The translations under genes were made by a program, and so were the position numbers. A DNA stretch of 64,000 nucleotides from Candidatus Kaiserbacteria bacterium. GTDB taxonomy: Bacteria > Patescibacteriota > Minisyncoccia > Phycocordibacterales > UBA2100. The notes beneath the pieces were generated by a model. That model searched no databases. It saw only the letters and a list, made by a program, of their open reading frames with translations, and had not been told where the DNA came from. Shown one piece after another: positions 1-8,754 of the stretch. The stretch spans positions 4,784-68,783 of the forward strand of contig JACRFK010000010.1 of NCBI GenBank assembly GCA_016217925.1, read 5' to 3'. How positions within the stretch are numbered: the first letter of the stretch is position 1; each line of letters starts with the position of its first letter.

Positions 1-837
1 AACCGCGTAATCGGGCCCAAGTCCGAAGAGCGCACCCGATTCGACCTGCGAGCGGCTGAATACGGAGAAGGGTATTTTCTCCCGGATCGCCCGCTGGATG
101 TAAGTATCGATACTGCCCCAAACGAGCGAATCGCCGCCAACGATCATGCCGTCAAAGTCTTTCCCAAGTATTTGTGCTGCTGTTATCGTGTTGTCGTCTT
201 TCGTTTTTACAGGGAAAAATGTCAGCTCAATACCAAGCTCTCTTGCTGTTGCCTGCGCGATCTCGACGGATTTATTCGCGGCCAGGTCACCAGCGTCAAG
301 CGCCGTATGCGGCATCGCGACGCGCTTTATCTTCGGGTCGAATTCTTTCAGTAGTTGTAATCTCTGTGCCGTGAGATCGGTAGAAAGGCTTGCAACGCCG
401 GTCACCGTACCGCCGGGACGGCTGATAGATCGCACACCGGGGATCAAGAGCGGGTCGCCAACGGACCCGAATACTATTGGAATAAGACGGGGAGAATTCT
501 TCACCGCGTTCGCCGCGGCCTCGGTCGCCGGTGTCGAGTAGGTGTGGATGAGGTCCACGCCGTCCTTTACGAATTTGGTTGCCGCGGACACCAACTGATT
601 TTTATCAGAAATGAGCTGAACGTCATACGTAATGTTCTTGCCTTCGTGATACCCGAGCTCGTCCATTCTTTTTTTGAAACCCTCTACTGCCGGATCGTAT
701 CCGGAGCCACGTACCAATATTCCGACCCGGTACATCTTTCCGGGGTCCGCGCCCTTGTTCGTTGAAAACAAATAGATGGTTCCGGCAAGCGCGACTATGC
801 AGACTACGACGATCCCGAGCAACCAATGCCTATTCAT
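1..837 (-). CDS. ABC transporter substrate-binding protein (PF04392-like); C-terminus cut by window edge
   Basis: My own translation of the minus strand: it is open from position 1 to the ATG (complement of 835-837), with no minus-strand stop in that frame. N-terminal signal/TM MNRHWLLGIVVVCIVALAGTIYLF, then a periplasmic-binding-protein-like sequence (RVGILVRGSGYDPAVEGF...IPIVFGSVGDP...GVASLSTDLTAQRLQLLKE). Absent from the supplied ORF track, presumably because it runs off the window edge. Confidence 0.6.
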   Translation of the reverse strand, partial: MNRHWLLGIVVVCIVALAGTIYLFSTNKGADPGKMYRVGILVRGSGYDPAVEGFKKRMDELGYHEGKNITYDVQLISDKNQLVSAATKFVKDGVDLIHTYSTPATEAAANAVKNSPRLIPIVFGSVGDPLLIPGVRSISRPGGTVTGVASLSTDLTAQRLQLLKEFDPKIKRVAMPHTALDAGDLAANKSVEIAQATARELGIELTFFPVKTKDDNTITAAQILGKDFDGMIVGGDSLVWGSIDTYIQRAIREKIPFSVFSRSQVESGALFGLGPDYAV

Positions 838-953
838 AGGAAGGGAATATTGGAACACTGAATCGGATAATGCATTCATTGTAACGGGCGCATGACGATC
901 GACTAAGAGGCCTTGGGGGACAACGCGCACCCCCCGAAACGCTGAAGGTCAAC

Positions 954-987
954 AAAAAGCCGCCCCTTGAGGGCGGCTTTTTGTTTT
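954..987. terminator. bidirectional rho-independent terminator-like hairpin downstream of speH
   Basis: AAAA-AGCCGCCC-cttga-GGGCGGCT-TTTTTGTTTT: an 8-bp GC stem flanked by an A-tract and a T-tract. It lies between the speH stop (1066, minus) and the ABC-SBP start (837). A second hairpin, CCCCGAC-gcttcg-GTCGGGG, sits at ~1018-1037. Confidence 0.5.
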
Positions 988-1065
988 GAGACTTTTTGTT
1001 GCTACTTGCGGCACGTGTAGCCCCGACGCTTCGGTCGGGGAGCCGACCTTGCGTCGGCTTGCAGT

Positions 1066-1467
1066 TTACTTCCTGCAAGTGTAATGAAGGTCGTAGTCCT
1101 TGCCTCCGAAGAATTTCTTCGCGAACTTCGCGACGACTTCCGGATTGTAGTACTTGCACGAGAATACGTCCAAGTACACGGCGTTCGTCTGATTCGCGAA
1201 GTGTGCCGAGATAAGCGATGTCTCGATGAGCTGCGTCATCGAATACCCCGCTACTCGTTCGTCTTCGCCGAAATTGACGACGACGCACTCACCGAACCGT
1301 TTCATCTCGATGAGATCGCACAGTTCGACTACGAACCTCTTAATCTCGTCCGCAGAGCGGATGGTCGCGGGATTGCATCCGTGGATGTCAATTCCCGAGT
1401 GTAAACCCCAAGCGTCGACGAGCTGATACTGACTTCGTATCGCTGCATCGGTGGATGTTGTTTTCAT
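1066..1467 (-). CDS. speH: S-adenosylmethionine decarboxylase proenzyme (class 1, bacterial/archaeal SpeH type)
   Basis: 133 aa. The motif ...LIETSLISAHFANQTNAVYLDVFSCK matches the AdoMetDC self-processing ES(H) serine region (cf. ESHISIHTWPE...DVFTCG). Confidence 0.75.
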   Translation of the reverse strand: MKTTSTDAAIRSQYQLVDAWGLHSGIDIHGCNPATIRSADEIKRFVVELCDLIEMKRFGECVVVNFGEDERVAGYSMTQLIETSLISAHFANQTNAVYLDVFSCKYYNPEVVAKFAKKFFGGKDYDLHYTCRK

Positions 1468-1994
1468 CTCTGATGTTACACAATTAATTATTCTGACAAT
1501 AGGGGCTCAAATAATTTCGAACCCTTATGTGCCCCGCGAGCGGAAATGAATTACCTTTTCATTTCATACACGCAGCACTCTCTCAAAGAACTGATACCGC
1601 TATAATACACACTCAGTTCCAAATGTATATAGTTTTTGACGAAAGTGTGTATAACTTCTTACAGAGTCCGAAGTCAGAAAATCTGAGCCGGACCCGCCGA
1701 GTTGCGGGTCCGGCCGATGTCAGGTCAGGGAGCCTGGTCGTCTCTCGGTTGCGCCCGCCCACGCTTCTTTCTTGACTGGGTTTTTGAACCCCCGCCCACC
1801 CCCAGTTTCTTGCGCTGGTGGTTGTTTAGGGATTCTGGCGGCCGCCGACCACCCCGGCCATCGAACTTCGCAGAGTTTCTATTTTCCTTTTTCATAGCCC
1901 TCACCGTTGTAGCTGTGTAGCCAAATGAAATACGCAACTCTGCACCGCACAGAAAGTAGCATATGAGCCCCGTTTTTGCTACTATCGCCCATAC

Positions 1995-2066
1995 GCGTCA
2001 GTAGTTCAGTGGTAGAACGCTGTCCTGATAAGACAGAGGTCGAAGGTCCGATTCCTTCCTGACGCA
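1995..2066 (+). tRNA. tRNA-Ile (anticodon GAU)
   Basis: Cloverleaf read by eye. Acceptor GCGTCAG/CTGACGC, D-arm GTTC-AGTGGTA-GAAC, anticodon stem CTGTC/GACAG with loop CTGATAA, T-arm GAAGG-TCCGATT-CCTTC, discriminator A. CCA is not encoded (...ACCG). Confidence 0.8.
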
Positions 2067-2287
2067 CCGAATGAAATGAGGTGAGGCAGAGCACGCCGCC
2101 TGCGCGGCGTGCGTGGAGGAATCGGACGCCGGAACGATGTCGCGCAAGCTTGCGCGACAGTGAGGCGGTGCCCAGCCCGAGCTGTGCGACGGCACAGCGA
2201 GAGGCGAGGGAGATTCCTTCCACTGCGTTATTTTTGAGCGGCTTTGCCGCGAGAAAATCGCGAAGGTATACTGCTCCTGTAAGGAGA

Positions 2288-2305
2288 GATTCCTTCCTGA
2301 CGCAC
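2288..2305 (+). repeat. 18-bp direct repeat of the tRNA-Ile 3' end (GATTCCTTCCTGACGCAC); att-like core
   Basis: An identical 18-mer is found at 2050-2067 (T-arm, acceptor 3' strand and discriminator). A shorter third copy, GATTCCTTCC, is at 2212-2221. Confidence 0.5.
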
Positions 2306-2692
2306 ATGAAGTCCATTTTTCGTTTCGCCGTTTGGAGCAATGTTTTCTATCTCGCACCGCTCATCGCGGCGGCCAATTTCGAGCTGTGGGGTATCGCGGC
2401 TCTCCTCGGCGCACTCGTTATTTTCAGCACCGCATTTCACTATTCACATGAAGTATCGTATGTGCTCGCGGACAAGCTTATCGCGCTCGCCGTCATCTTC
2501 GCAGACGTGGCGCTGCTCGCGCTTGGAGGCTTCAGCATCTTCTACACCGTGCTCGTCGGCGCGTTTCTAGCCCTCAGTCTCTACGTGCGGTATGTGCAGG
2601 AAAAAGGTAACCGCAAAGGTTTTTATCACGGCGTCTGGCACCTCTGCGCCTCCTTCGTGACACTGCTTTGCATACTCTCGTACGCGACCTAA
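2306..2692 (+). CDS. small polytopic membrane protein (about 4 TM), hypothetical
   Basis: Internal ATG (aa 76) of track ORF 2081-2692. The upstream 75 codons overlap the tRNA and repeat region and are Arg/Pro-rich junk, whereas the downstream sequence is strongly hydrophobic (MKSIFRFAVWSNVFYLAPLIAAANFELWGIAALLGALVIF...). Confidence 0.5.
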   Translation: MKSIFRFAVWSNVFYLAPLIAAANFELWGIAALLGALVIFSTAFHYSHEVSYVLADKLIALAVIFADVALLALGGFSIFYTVLVGAFLALSLYVRYVQEKGNRKGFYHGVWHLCASFVTLLCILSYAT

Positions 2693-2800
2693 GGGCATTC
2701 GTGGAAGTGCCGAAAAAACGTATAATGGGCCGATGAATCCCGCCCTTTCAAATTCAGGTTCTGATTGTTCACAAAGGATTATTAGCATAGAAAGAGCGGG

Positions 2801-4105
2801 ATGAATTACAAGGTCGTAGGCGGCAAGAAGCTCAGTGGAACGGTGCAGACCAACATTTCCAAAAATGCCGCAGTGGCGCTCTTGTGTGCGTCGCTTCTCA
2901 ATCGCGGCGAGACAGTACTCAAACGCATGCCGCGCATTGAGGAGGTGAAGCGACTCATTGAAGTGATGGAAAGTATCGGTGTGAAAATCGTGTGGGACCC
3001 GAGTGGGGATATGCGCATCACACCGCCCGAAAAAATCGACCTCTCGAAAATCAACGTCGAATCGGCACAGCGCACGCGCTCCATCGCGCTTTTTATCGCG
3101 CCGCTCGCGCACCTGCTCGGCACCTTTGACCTGCCCGCGCCGACGGGGTGCGACCTCGGCAAACGCACGCTTGGTGCGCATATCGACGCGCTCGCCAAGC
3201 TCGGCATCAACGTGACCGGCGACGAAGCGGCACACACATACCACGTGGAATCCAACGGCAAGAAGCCCGCCGAGATAGTCATGTACGAGGCGTCCGACAC
3301 TGGCGTCGAGAATGTACTTATGGCCGCCGCGCGCATCCCGGGCACGACCACCATCAAATTCGCAAGCGCCAACTACATGGTCCAAGACCTCTGTATCTTC
3401 CTGCGCCACTGCGGGGTTAAGGTCGAGGGCGTGGGTACCTCCACACTCGTCGTCCACGGCCTCTCCGACATCAACGCCGAGGTCCACGGGCATCCGAGCG
3501 AAGACCCGATTGAGTCCATGTTTTTCGTCTCGCTCGCCGCGACCACGGGCTCCACGCTTACCATCACACGCTGCCCGATAGACTTCCTGGAGCTTGAGCT
3601 CTATACGCTCTCGCAGATGGGCCTCAAGTATGAGCGCGGCGAATCTTATGCATCCGAGAACGGCCACACCGTCCTGCGGGATATTACCATCTTGCCGTCA
3701 CTCCTCACCGCGGCACCTGAAAAGATAGCGCCACGCCCGTATCCGGGTATCAATATAGATAATCTTCCGTTTTTCGTCCCCGTCGCCACACAAGCGAAGG
3801 GGAAGACGCTCATCCACGATTGGGTCTACGACGGCCGCGCGAAGCATTATATGGAAATGACCAAGCTCGGCGCCAAAATGGAACTACTCGATCCGCATCG
3901 CGTGGTCATCGAAGGGCCGACGCCGCTGCACGGTGCAGATATCGAGGCTCCACCCGCGCTCCGCCCCGCGACGCTCATTCTCATCGGCATGCTCGCGGCA
4001 GAAGGGGAATCAATGCTCCGCAACGTGTACCCGATAAATCGCGGCTACGCGAATCTCTCTGAAAGGCTCCAAAAACTCGGCGCCTCCGTCGAGGCGGTTG
4101 AATAG
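2801..4105 (+). CDS. murA: UDP-N-acetylglucosamine 1-carboxyvinyltransferase
   Basis: 434 aa, EPSP-synthase fold. SKNAAVALLCASLL (cf. KNAALPIL) and the catalytic-Cys loop PAPTGCDLGKRTLGAHIDAL are present. ATG verified at 2801. Confidence 0.9.
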   Translation: MNYKVVGGKKLSGTVQTNISKNAAVALLCASLLNRGETVLKRMPRIEEVKRLIEVMESIGVKIVWDPSGDMRITPPEKIDLSKINVESAQRTRSIALFIAPLAHLLGTFDLPAPTGCDLGKRTLGAHIDALAKLGINVTGDEAAHTYHVESNGKKPAEIVMYEASDTGVENVLMAAARIPGTTTIKFASANYMVQDLCIFLRHCGVKVEGVGTSTLVVHGLSDINAEVHGHPSEDPIESMFFVSLAATTGSTLTITRCPIDFLELELYTLSQMGLKYERGESYASENGHTVLRDITILPSLLTAAPEKIAPRPYPGINIDNLPFFVPVATQAKGKTLIHDWVYDGRAKHYMEMTKLGAKMELLDPHRVVIEGPTPLHGADIEAPPALRPATLILIGMLAAEGESMLRNVYPINRGYANLSERLQKLGASVEAVE

Positions 4106-4157
4106 TGTAAATAATGCTACACTTGTTGAGTGTACTTAGTGAGGTAACATTAAAAAT

Positions 4158-4472
4158 ATGGAACCAATTCAGGACAATGAGGGAGACATTATTCAGAGAG
4201 AGGTAGAAGGATTTCTCCGTGACTATATCGATCGAGATAGCGTTGTTGAGGGTGAAAAAATGACGGATGATGCACTCGTGGGCAGGAGTTTGGGTGTCGA
4301 AGTGGCACAAGATGATGGAAATCCTGAGAGATCCCATGTCCAAATAACTTTCAGCCGTGACTCTGGTGAGAAAAGTGGGATGCAGGTTGGAAGCGGAACC
4401 AGGCTTGAGGCTGTAGCATACGCGAATACGTTAAAGCGAGAATTGAGAAAAAGAGGGAAGCTGGCTGAATAA
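4158..4472 (+). CDS. hypothetical small acidic protein
   Basis: 104-aa ORF in an AT-rich patch between convergent murA and purT. Highly acidic, with no recognizable motif. Confidence 0.35.
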   Translation: MEPIQDNEGDIIQREVEGFLRDYIDRDSVVEGEKMTDDALVGRSLGVEVAQDDGNPERSHVQITFSRDSGEKSGMQVGSGTRLEAVAYANTLKRELRKRGKLAE

Positions 4473-4478
4473 AACAAT

Positions 4479-5696
4479 TTACGCATTGACGACGCGGACT
4501 TTTTTCGCCGCTTGAGCTGCTTTTTTGCGGGCCTCGGCGACGGTTTTGCCCGTTGCGAGCGCGACGGCCATGCGGCGGTGACCTATAACTTCGGGTTTGC
4601 CGAAAATGCGGATGTGGGTGCCTTTGATTTTGAGCGCTTCGGCGACGCCTTCGTACTGCGGATTTTTCATATTACCGTGCGCAATTATTGCGACAGACGC
4701 TCCAGGTCGAAATTCGATACAGGCCTGCCCTTCGAAGCCTTGGCGAAGGAGGGGGATGGGGAGGTCGAGAATGGCGCGCACGTGGAGCTCCATCTCGCTC
4801 ATGGTCTGCGAAACCATCGTCACCATGCCGGTGTCGTGCGGGCGCGGGGAGAGTTCGGAGAACCACACGTTGTCGTCTTTTACGAAAAGCTCGACGCCGA
4901 AAATACCGCGGCCGTTCTTTCCACAGAGATTGCCGACAACTTTCCTTGCGATGTCCTGAGCTTTCTTGAGTGCCGTTTTCGTCATCGGCTGCGGTTGCCA
5001 CGATTCGCGGTAGTCGCCGTCTGTTTGGATGTGTCCGACCGGCGCGCAGTATGAGATGCCGCCTTTGTGCCGCACGGTCAGCAACGTAATTTCGTAATTA
5101 AAATCAATTTTGCCTTCCACTATCACTTTGTTCGTTTTGCCGCGTGCGCCCTCCATCGCGAACTTCCATGCCTTCGCCAAATCTTGCGGTTTTTTAGCCA
5201 TGGATTGGCCGTGTCCCGAAGATGACATCGTCGGCTTGATGAAGCAGGGGAATCCGACTGCCGCGGCTCCCGCTTTGAGTTCTTCGAGGCTTCCGGCAAA
5301 ACGGTACGGCGAGGTCGGCAGTTTCAAAGTCTCTGCGGCGAGCTGGCGGATGCCCTGCCTATCCATAGTGAGTCGTACCGCGCGGGCGGTGGGAATAACC
5401 CTCCAACCCTCTTTCTCGAGCTTCACGAGCTCGTCCGTCGCGATTGCCTCAATTTCGGGGACGATAAAATCAGGCTTCTCTTTCTGCACTACTTTTCTAA
5501 TAAGCTTGCCGTCGCGCATATTGAATACGTAGCTCCGATGGGCCACTTGCATCGCGGGGGCGTTTTCGTACCTGTCGCACGCGACGACCTCACAGCCGAG
5601 CCTTATCGCTTCTATTACGACCTCTTTGCCGAGCTCGCCCGAGCCGAGCAACATGAGTTTGACGGAGGAGGGGGTAAAGGGGGTACCGAATTTCAT
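4479..5696 (-). CDS. purT: formate-dependent phosphoribosylglycinamide formyltransferase (GAR transformylase 2)
   Basis: 405 aa, ATP-grasp. N-terminus ...VKLMLLGSGELGKEVVIEA... is typical of PurT and the length is canonical. Start CAT verified at 5694-5696. Confidence 0.9.
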   Translation of the reverse strand: MKFGTPFTPSSVKLMLLGSGELGKEVVIEAIRLGCEVVACDRYENAPAMQVAHRSYVFNMRDGKLIRKVVQKEKPDFIVPEIEAIATDELVKLEKEGWRVIPTARAVRLTMDRQGIRQLAAETLKLPTSPYRFAGSLEELKAGAAAVGFPCFIKPTMSSSGHGQSMAKKPQDLAKAWKFAMEGARGKTNKVIVEGKIDFNYEITLLTVRHKGGISYCAPVGHIQTDGDYRESWQPQPMTKTALKKAQDIARKVVGNLCGKNGRGIFGVELFVKDDNVWFSELSPRPHDTGMVTMVSQTMSEMELHVRAILDLPIPLLRQGFEGQACIEFRPGASVAIIAHGNMKNPQYEGVAEALKIKGTHIRIFGKPEVIGHRRMAVALATGKTVAEARKKAAQAAKKVRVVNA

Positions 5697-5723
5697 GCGC
5701 TCATCATATATACTGAGAGGCCT

Positions 5724-6434
5724 ATGGGCAAACCCAGGATTATCGTGTTCGCTTCCGGCAAAAGGAGCGGCGGCGGCTCCGGATTCGAGAACCTGGCACG
5801 CTCAAAAGAGCTCGATGCCGATATCGTTGCGGTTGTTTCCAACCACGAGCGCGGCGGTGTCCACGAACGTGCGGCGCAGCTCGGTATACCGTTCATCTAT
5901 TTTCCGGGACCGTACGACGTCGAACACTATCAAGAAGTTGTTCGTAAGTCGTTTGGAGCGGAGCATGCCCCGTTAGAGGGCGAAGCCTCTCTAATGGGGT
6001 GGAGCGCGCTCTCGGGTTGGTTACGAAAGGTCGAAGGGCTCGACCCGAAAAAGACCTTCAATATCCACCCCGCACTTTTGTCGCAACTGGACGGACGGTT
6101 CGCAGGACACGGCATGTACGGGCATCATATTCACGACGCGGTGAAGGCCGCACTTGATGCGGGAGAAATATCGGAGTCCGGATTTTCGATGCATTTCGTC
6201 ACGGAAGAAATGGACCGCGGTCCCGTCTTTTTCGAACACCGCGTACCGCTCAAACAGGGGATGACGGTGGAGGAAATTGCACACGTGGTAAACAAGGCGG
6301 AACACGAATGGCAGCCGAAGATAACCAACCTGGTCGTGCATCGACAGATACGCTGGGACGGCAAGAATCCCGCCTCCCTTACTGTTCCGGAAGCGTTTAC
6401 ATCCGTTCCCGTGGGCGGGAAAGAATCTATTTGA
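5724..6434 (+). CDS. purN: phosphoribosylglycinamide formyltransferase (folate-dependent, PurN-like)
   Basis: 237 aa from an internal ATG (aa 63 of track ORF 5538-6434; the upstream part overlaps purT on the other strand). PRIIVFASGKRSGGGSGFENL, NIHPALLSQLDG (cf. NIHPSLLP) and SGFSMHFVTEEMDRGPVF (cf. VHFVTEELDGGPII) are present. Confidence 0.8.
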   Translation: MGKPRIIVFASGKRSGGGSGFENLARSKELDADIVAVVSNHERGGVHERAAQLGIPFIYFPGPYDVEHYQEVVRKSFGAEHAPLEGEASLMGWSALSGWLRKVEGLDPKKTFNIHPALLSQLDGRFAGHGMYGHHIHDAVKAALDAGEISESGFSMHFVTEEMDRGPVFFEHRVPLKQGMTVEEIAHVVNKAEHEWQPKITNLVVHRQIRWDGKNPASLTVPEAFTSVPVGGKESI

Positions 6435-6460
6435 CCTGACTGCTCGCTTCACTGTAGAGT
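6431..6460 (+). promoter_or_regulatory. putative sigma70-like promoter (TTGACC-N18-TAGAGT) for the small ORF at 6509
   Basis: TTGACC at 6431-6436 and TAGAGT at 6455-6460, followed by a strong SD (AGGGAGGG) 6 nt before the ATG at 6509. Confidence 0.3.
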
Positions 6461-6508
6461 AGCGAAACTCGGGTAGTCCGAGCTACGAGCTACAAGAGGG
6501 AGGGCGGC

Positions 6509-6793
6509 ATGCCCCAACATGTTCCTGGAAGTTCCCCGAAAGCATATATTCGCAACGTAAATTTCGTTGCACTGACGACCGTCACAAAATTCGATGTCCG
6601 CCTGAGGCAGGGTCATGTTCTTACGGAGAGAGGGCAAATAGCGGTTTTCCGTAGGAATGTGCTCGATAAGGCCGGGCTTACGGACGTGAAAATCGAAGCG
6701 CGCCTGAAGGTGCGGATTCGTAACAAGGAGGGCAACTTAACGGTCACAAAGATCATGGCCGTTGACGGGAAAGTCGTCCCGACCGGGAAGTAA
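6509..6793 (+). CDS. hypothetical small protein (94 aa)
   Basis: Stand-alone ORF with its own promoter-like sequence, a strong SD and a downstream intrinsic terminator. No recognizable family. Confidence 0.45.
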   Translation: MPQHVPGSSPKAYIRNVNFVALTTVTKFDVRLRQGHVLTERGQIAVFRRNVLDKAGLTDVKIEARLKVRIRNKEGNLTVTKIMAVDGKVVPTGK

Positions 6794-6839
6794 AGCACCG
6801 CGCCTCTCTGAAAAATGCGTCGCAAATGCAGTCACTACT

Positions 6840-6866
6840 GAGGGGCCTCACAGCCCCTCTTCGTTT
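6840..6866 (+). terminator. rho-independent terminator
   Basis: GAGGGG-cctcacag-CCCCTC followed by TTCGTTT. Confidence 0.6.
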
Positions 6867-7004
6867 ATCGGACCTTTGTGGGTGCGGGGAGACCCGTTTG
6901 TGTAGATAAATTGGTATACGCCTACATGTATCAAAACAAAAGCGCTCCGCTCCTAAAGAGAAAGTATTTGAAAATAAAGCGATCTATGCGCATAATCAGC
7001 GAAC

Positions 7005-7088
7005 GCCGCGGTGGTGAAATTGGCAAACACGCTAGCTTCAGGAGCTAGTCCTCGCAAGAGGTTGGGAGTTCAAGTCTCCCCCGCGGCA
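7005..7088 (+). tRNA. tRNA-Leu (anticodon CAG), class II with long variable arm
   Basis: Acceptor GCCGCGG/CCGCGGC, anticodon stem CTAGC/GCTAG with loop TTCAGGA, variable arm CCTCGCAAGAGGTT, T-arm GGGAG-TTCAAGT-CTCCC, discriminator A. Confidence 0.8.
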
Positions 7089-7109
7089 CAGGCGTGCTAA
7101 TATCGAGTC

Positions 7110-7427
7110 ATGTACACCAGTCTGAAATACCTAAATTTGTCGATAGGCGCTGTTGCCGTTGTGCTTAGCGTAACTGTCCCCATTGTCGATCTTGTCCGAA
7201 AGGGCAGTCTTGTTTGCAGCGATGTCATGTCAATATCGATTCTCATAGGAGGCCTCGTTTTGTTATTGGCAACGTATCTTATAGACAGGAGCGGTCTTGA
7301 AAGGAAGTATCTATATTCTCTTGCAATCCTTGTGTTAAGTTATCTTATCGTAGTCATTACGCATAGTGTTGTCCTATTCCTCTTCGGGTTAACAGGACGG
7401 GTTGGGTGTTCACTGTTTGTTGGTTAA
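7110..7427 (+). CDS. hypothetical small membrane protein (AT-rich)
   Basis: 105-aa hydrophobic ORF immediately 3' of tRNA-Leu. Its GC is clearly lower than the neighbouring genes. Confidence 0.4.
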   Translation: MYTSLKYLNLSIGAVAVVLSVTVPIVDLVRKGSLVCSDVMSISILIGGLVLLLATYLIDRSGLERKYLYSLAILVLSYLIVVITHSVVLFLFGLTGRVGCSLFVG

Positions 7428-7457
7428 TTGTAAATGGGGCCGCGTTGTAGATACCCG

Positions 7458-8003
7458 CTACAACTTCGTGTAGTGAAGCAATAGGCTGCCCCTTTCATTC
7501 AAGCGCTTTACCGATTCGAGTTTGAACTGTTTGGTGATGATTTTTGTTGACGCGAAGAGGTCGAGGCCCTGACCGAAGACCAGCGGCTCTATCGTGAGGT
7601 AGAGCTCGTCGAGCAAACCGCGTTCGAGAAAGTACGTGTAGGTATCCATACCGCCCAGAATGCCGGCGAGCTTATACGGTTCAAGCAATGGCCGGACATC
7701 CACACTTTCCGGATTGCACAAGAGAAGTTTTTCATCTTTGCGCTCGGTAGTAGCGACCGAGGTGGTGAGCACGATTCGGTTATATTTCCCCAGTTCCTTA
7801 CTTGCGATTTCGTGCGTGTTGTGCCCCACGACGATGATATCGGTGCGCTGCAGGAATTCGCGGAGGAATTGCTTGTCCTCAGGACTCGACCAATCAGTGA
7901 AATGATGATGGTGGCGCGCGATTTTGCCGTCGAGCGTCATGACGGCGATTGCTATACAGCGGGGCGTTTGCATGAGGCATTTTATCCCACTTCGCGCTTT
8001 CAT
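7458..8003 (-). CDS. dihydrofolate reductase-like protein (RibD C-terminal/DHFR-like family)
   Basis: 181 aa. The N-terminus IAIAVMTLDGKIA... is typical of RibD_C/DHFR-like reductases. Confidence 0.65.
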   Translation of the reverse strand: MKARSGIKCLMQTPRCIAIAVMTLDGKIARHHHHFTDWSSPEDKQFLREFLQRTDIIVVGHNTHEIASKELGKYNRIVLTTSVATTERKDEKLLLCNPESVDVRPLLEPYKLAGILGGMDTYTYFLERGLLDELYLTIEPLVFGQGLDLFASTKIITKQFKLESVKRLNERGSLLLHYTKL

Positions 8004-8040
8004 TGTAGGAGGTCTAAAATCTGGTATTGTCTGATTCTCT

Positions 8041-8754
8041 ATGCATGTCCGGCCTGTTAAGACCCGCGTTTTTAAGCAGGGGGAAGACCTCGTCGCTTTT
8101 ATTTGCGCTCACGTTAAAAAACTGAAAGATGGGTCAGTCCTTATCGTGACGTCAAAAATCGTTGCGCTTGCGGAAGACGCCGTTGTGCAGATAAATACTC
8201 CGCGCGCCAAAGAGGCGATAATCCGCGCTGAGTCCGATTGGCAGCTGCATGCCAAACACGGAAAGCTGACGCTCAAAGACGGACTCCTCATGTGGAACGC
8301 GGGCATTGATGAATCCAACGCGAAAGGCAACGTCATTCTATTGCCGAGAGACAGTTTTAGATCCGCCCAGAAACTTTTTTTCAAACTCAAACAACTTTAC
8401 AAAGTAAAGTTGATGGGGGTGGTAATCACTGATAGTCGCATCATGCCGCTGCGCGCGGGTGTTGTCGGTGTAGCGCTTGGCTACGCGGGATTCAAGGGTT
8501 TGCGGGATTATCGCGGCAAAAAAGATGTATTCGGCCGGAAGCTGAAGTTTACTCAGACAGACGTCGCGGACTCGCTCGCAACCGCCGCGATACTCGTGAT
8601 GGGCGAGGGGAAGGAGCAGCGGCCACTGTGCGTTATCGAGGGTGCACCAGTAGAATTTCGCGGGGAGATAAATCGCCGGGAGCTTGTTATCGCACCAGAG
8701 GACGATATGTACCGCCCACTTTTTAGAATAACCAAGAAAAGAACGAAGAGATAG
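8041..8754 (+). CDS. CofE-like protein (F420-0:gamma-glutamyl ligase family, PF01996-like)
   Basis: 237 aa. ...VVITDSRIMPLRAGVVGVALGYAGF... matches the CofE-family core. Confidence 0.65.
   Translation: MHVRPVKTRVFKQGEDLVAFICAHVKKLKDGSVLIVTSKIVALAEDAVVQINTPRAKEAIIRAESDWQLHAKHGKLTLKDGLLMWNAGIDESNAKGNVILLPRDSFRSAQKLFFKLKQLYKVKLMGVVITDSRIMPLRAGVVGVALGYAGFKGLRDYRGKKDVFGRKLKFTQTDVADSLATAAILVMGEGKEQRPLCVIEGAPVEFRGEINRRELVIAPEDDMYRPLFRITKKRTKR

Noticed and set aside
1690-1760. Possible SRP (4.5S) RNA because of CAGGUCAGGGAGCC.
   Set aside because: It lacks the GNRA tetraloop and the AGGAAGCAGCC helix-8 consensus. The similarity is too weak.
2567-3667. 366-aa minus-strand ORF antisense to murA.
   Set aside because: Lies entirely inside the well-supported murA gene. 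Arg/Gly/Asp-rich composition typical of a GC-rich wrong frame. The same reasoning applies to other long antisense ORFs: 14890-15867, 15878-16885, 28434-29138, 30058-30819, 31365-32153, 40103-40735, 55128-55952, 60644-61456.
5538-5723. N-terminal 62 codons of track ORF 5538-6434.
   Set aside because: They overlap the purT coding region on the opposite strand. The PurN homology starts at the internal Met (5724).
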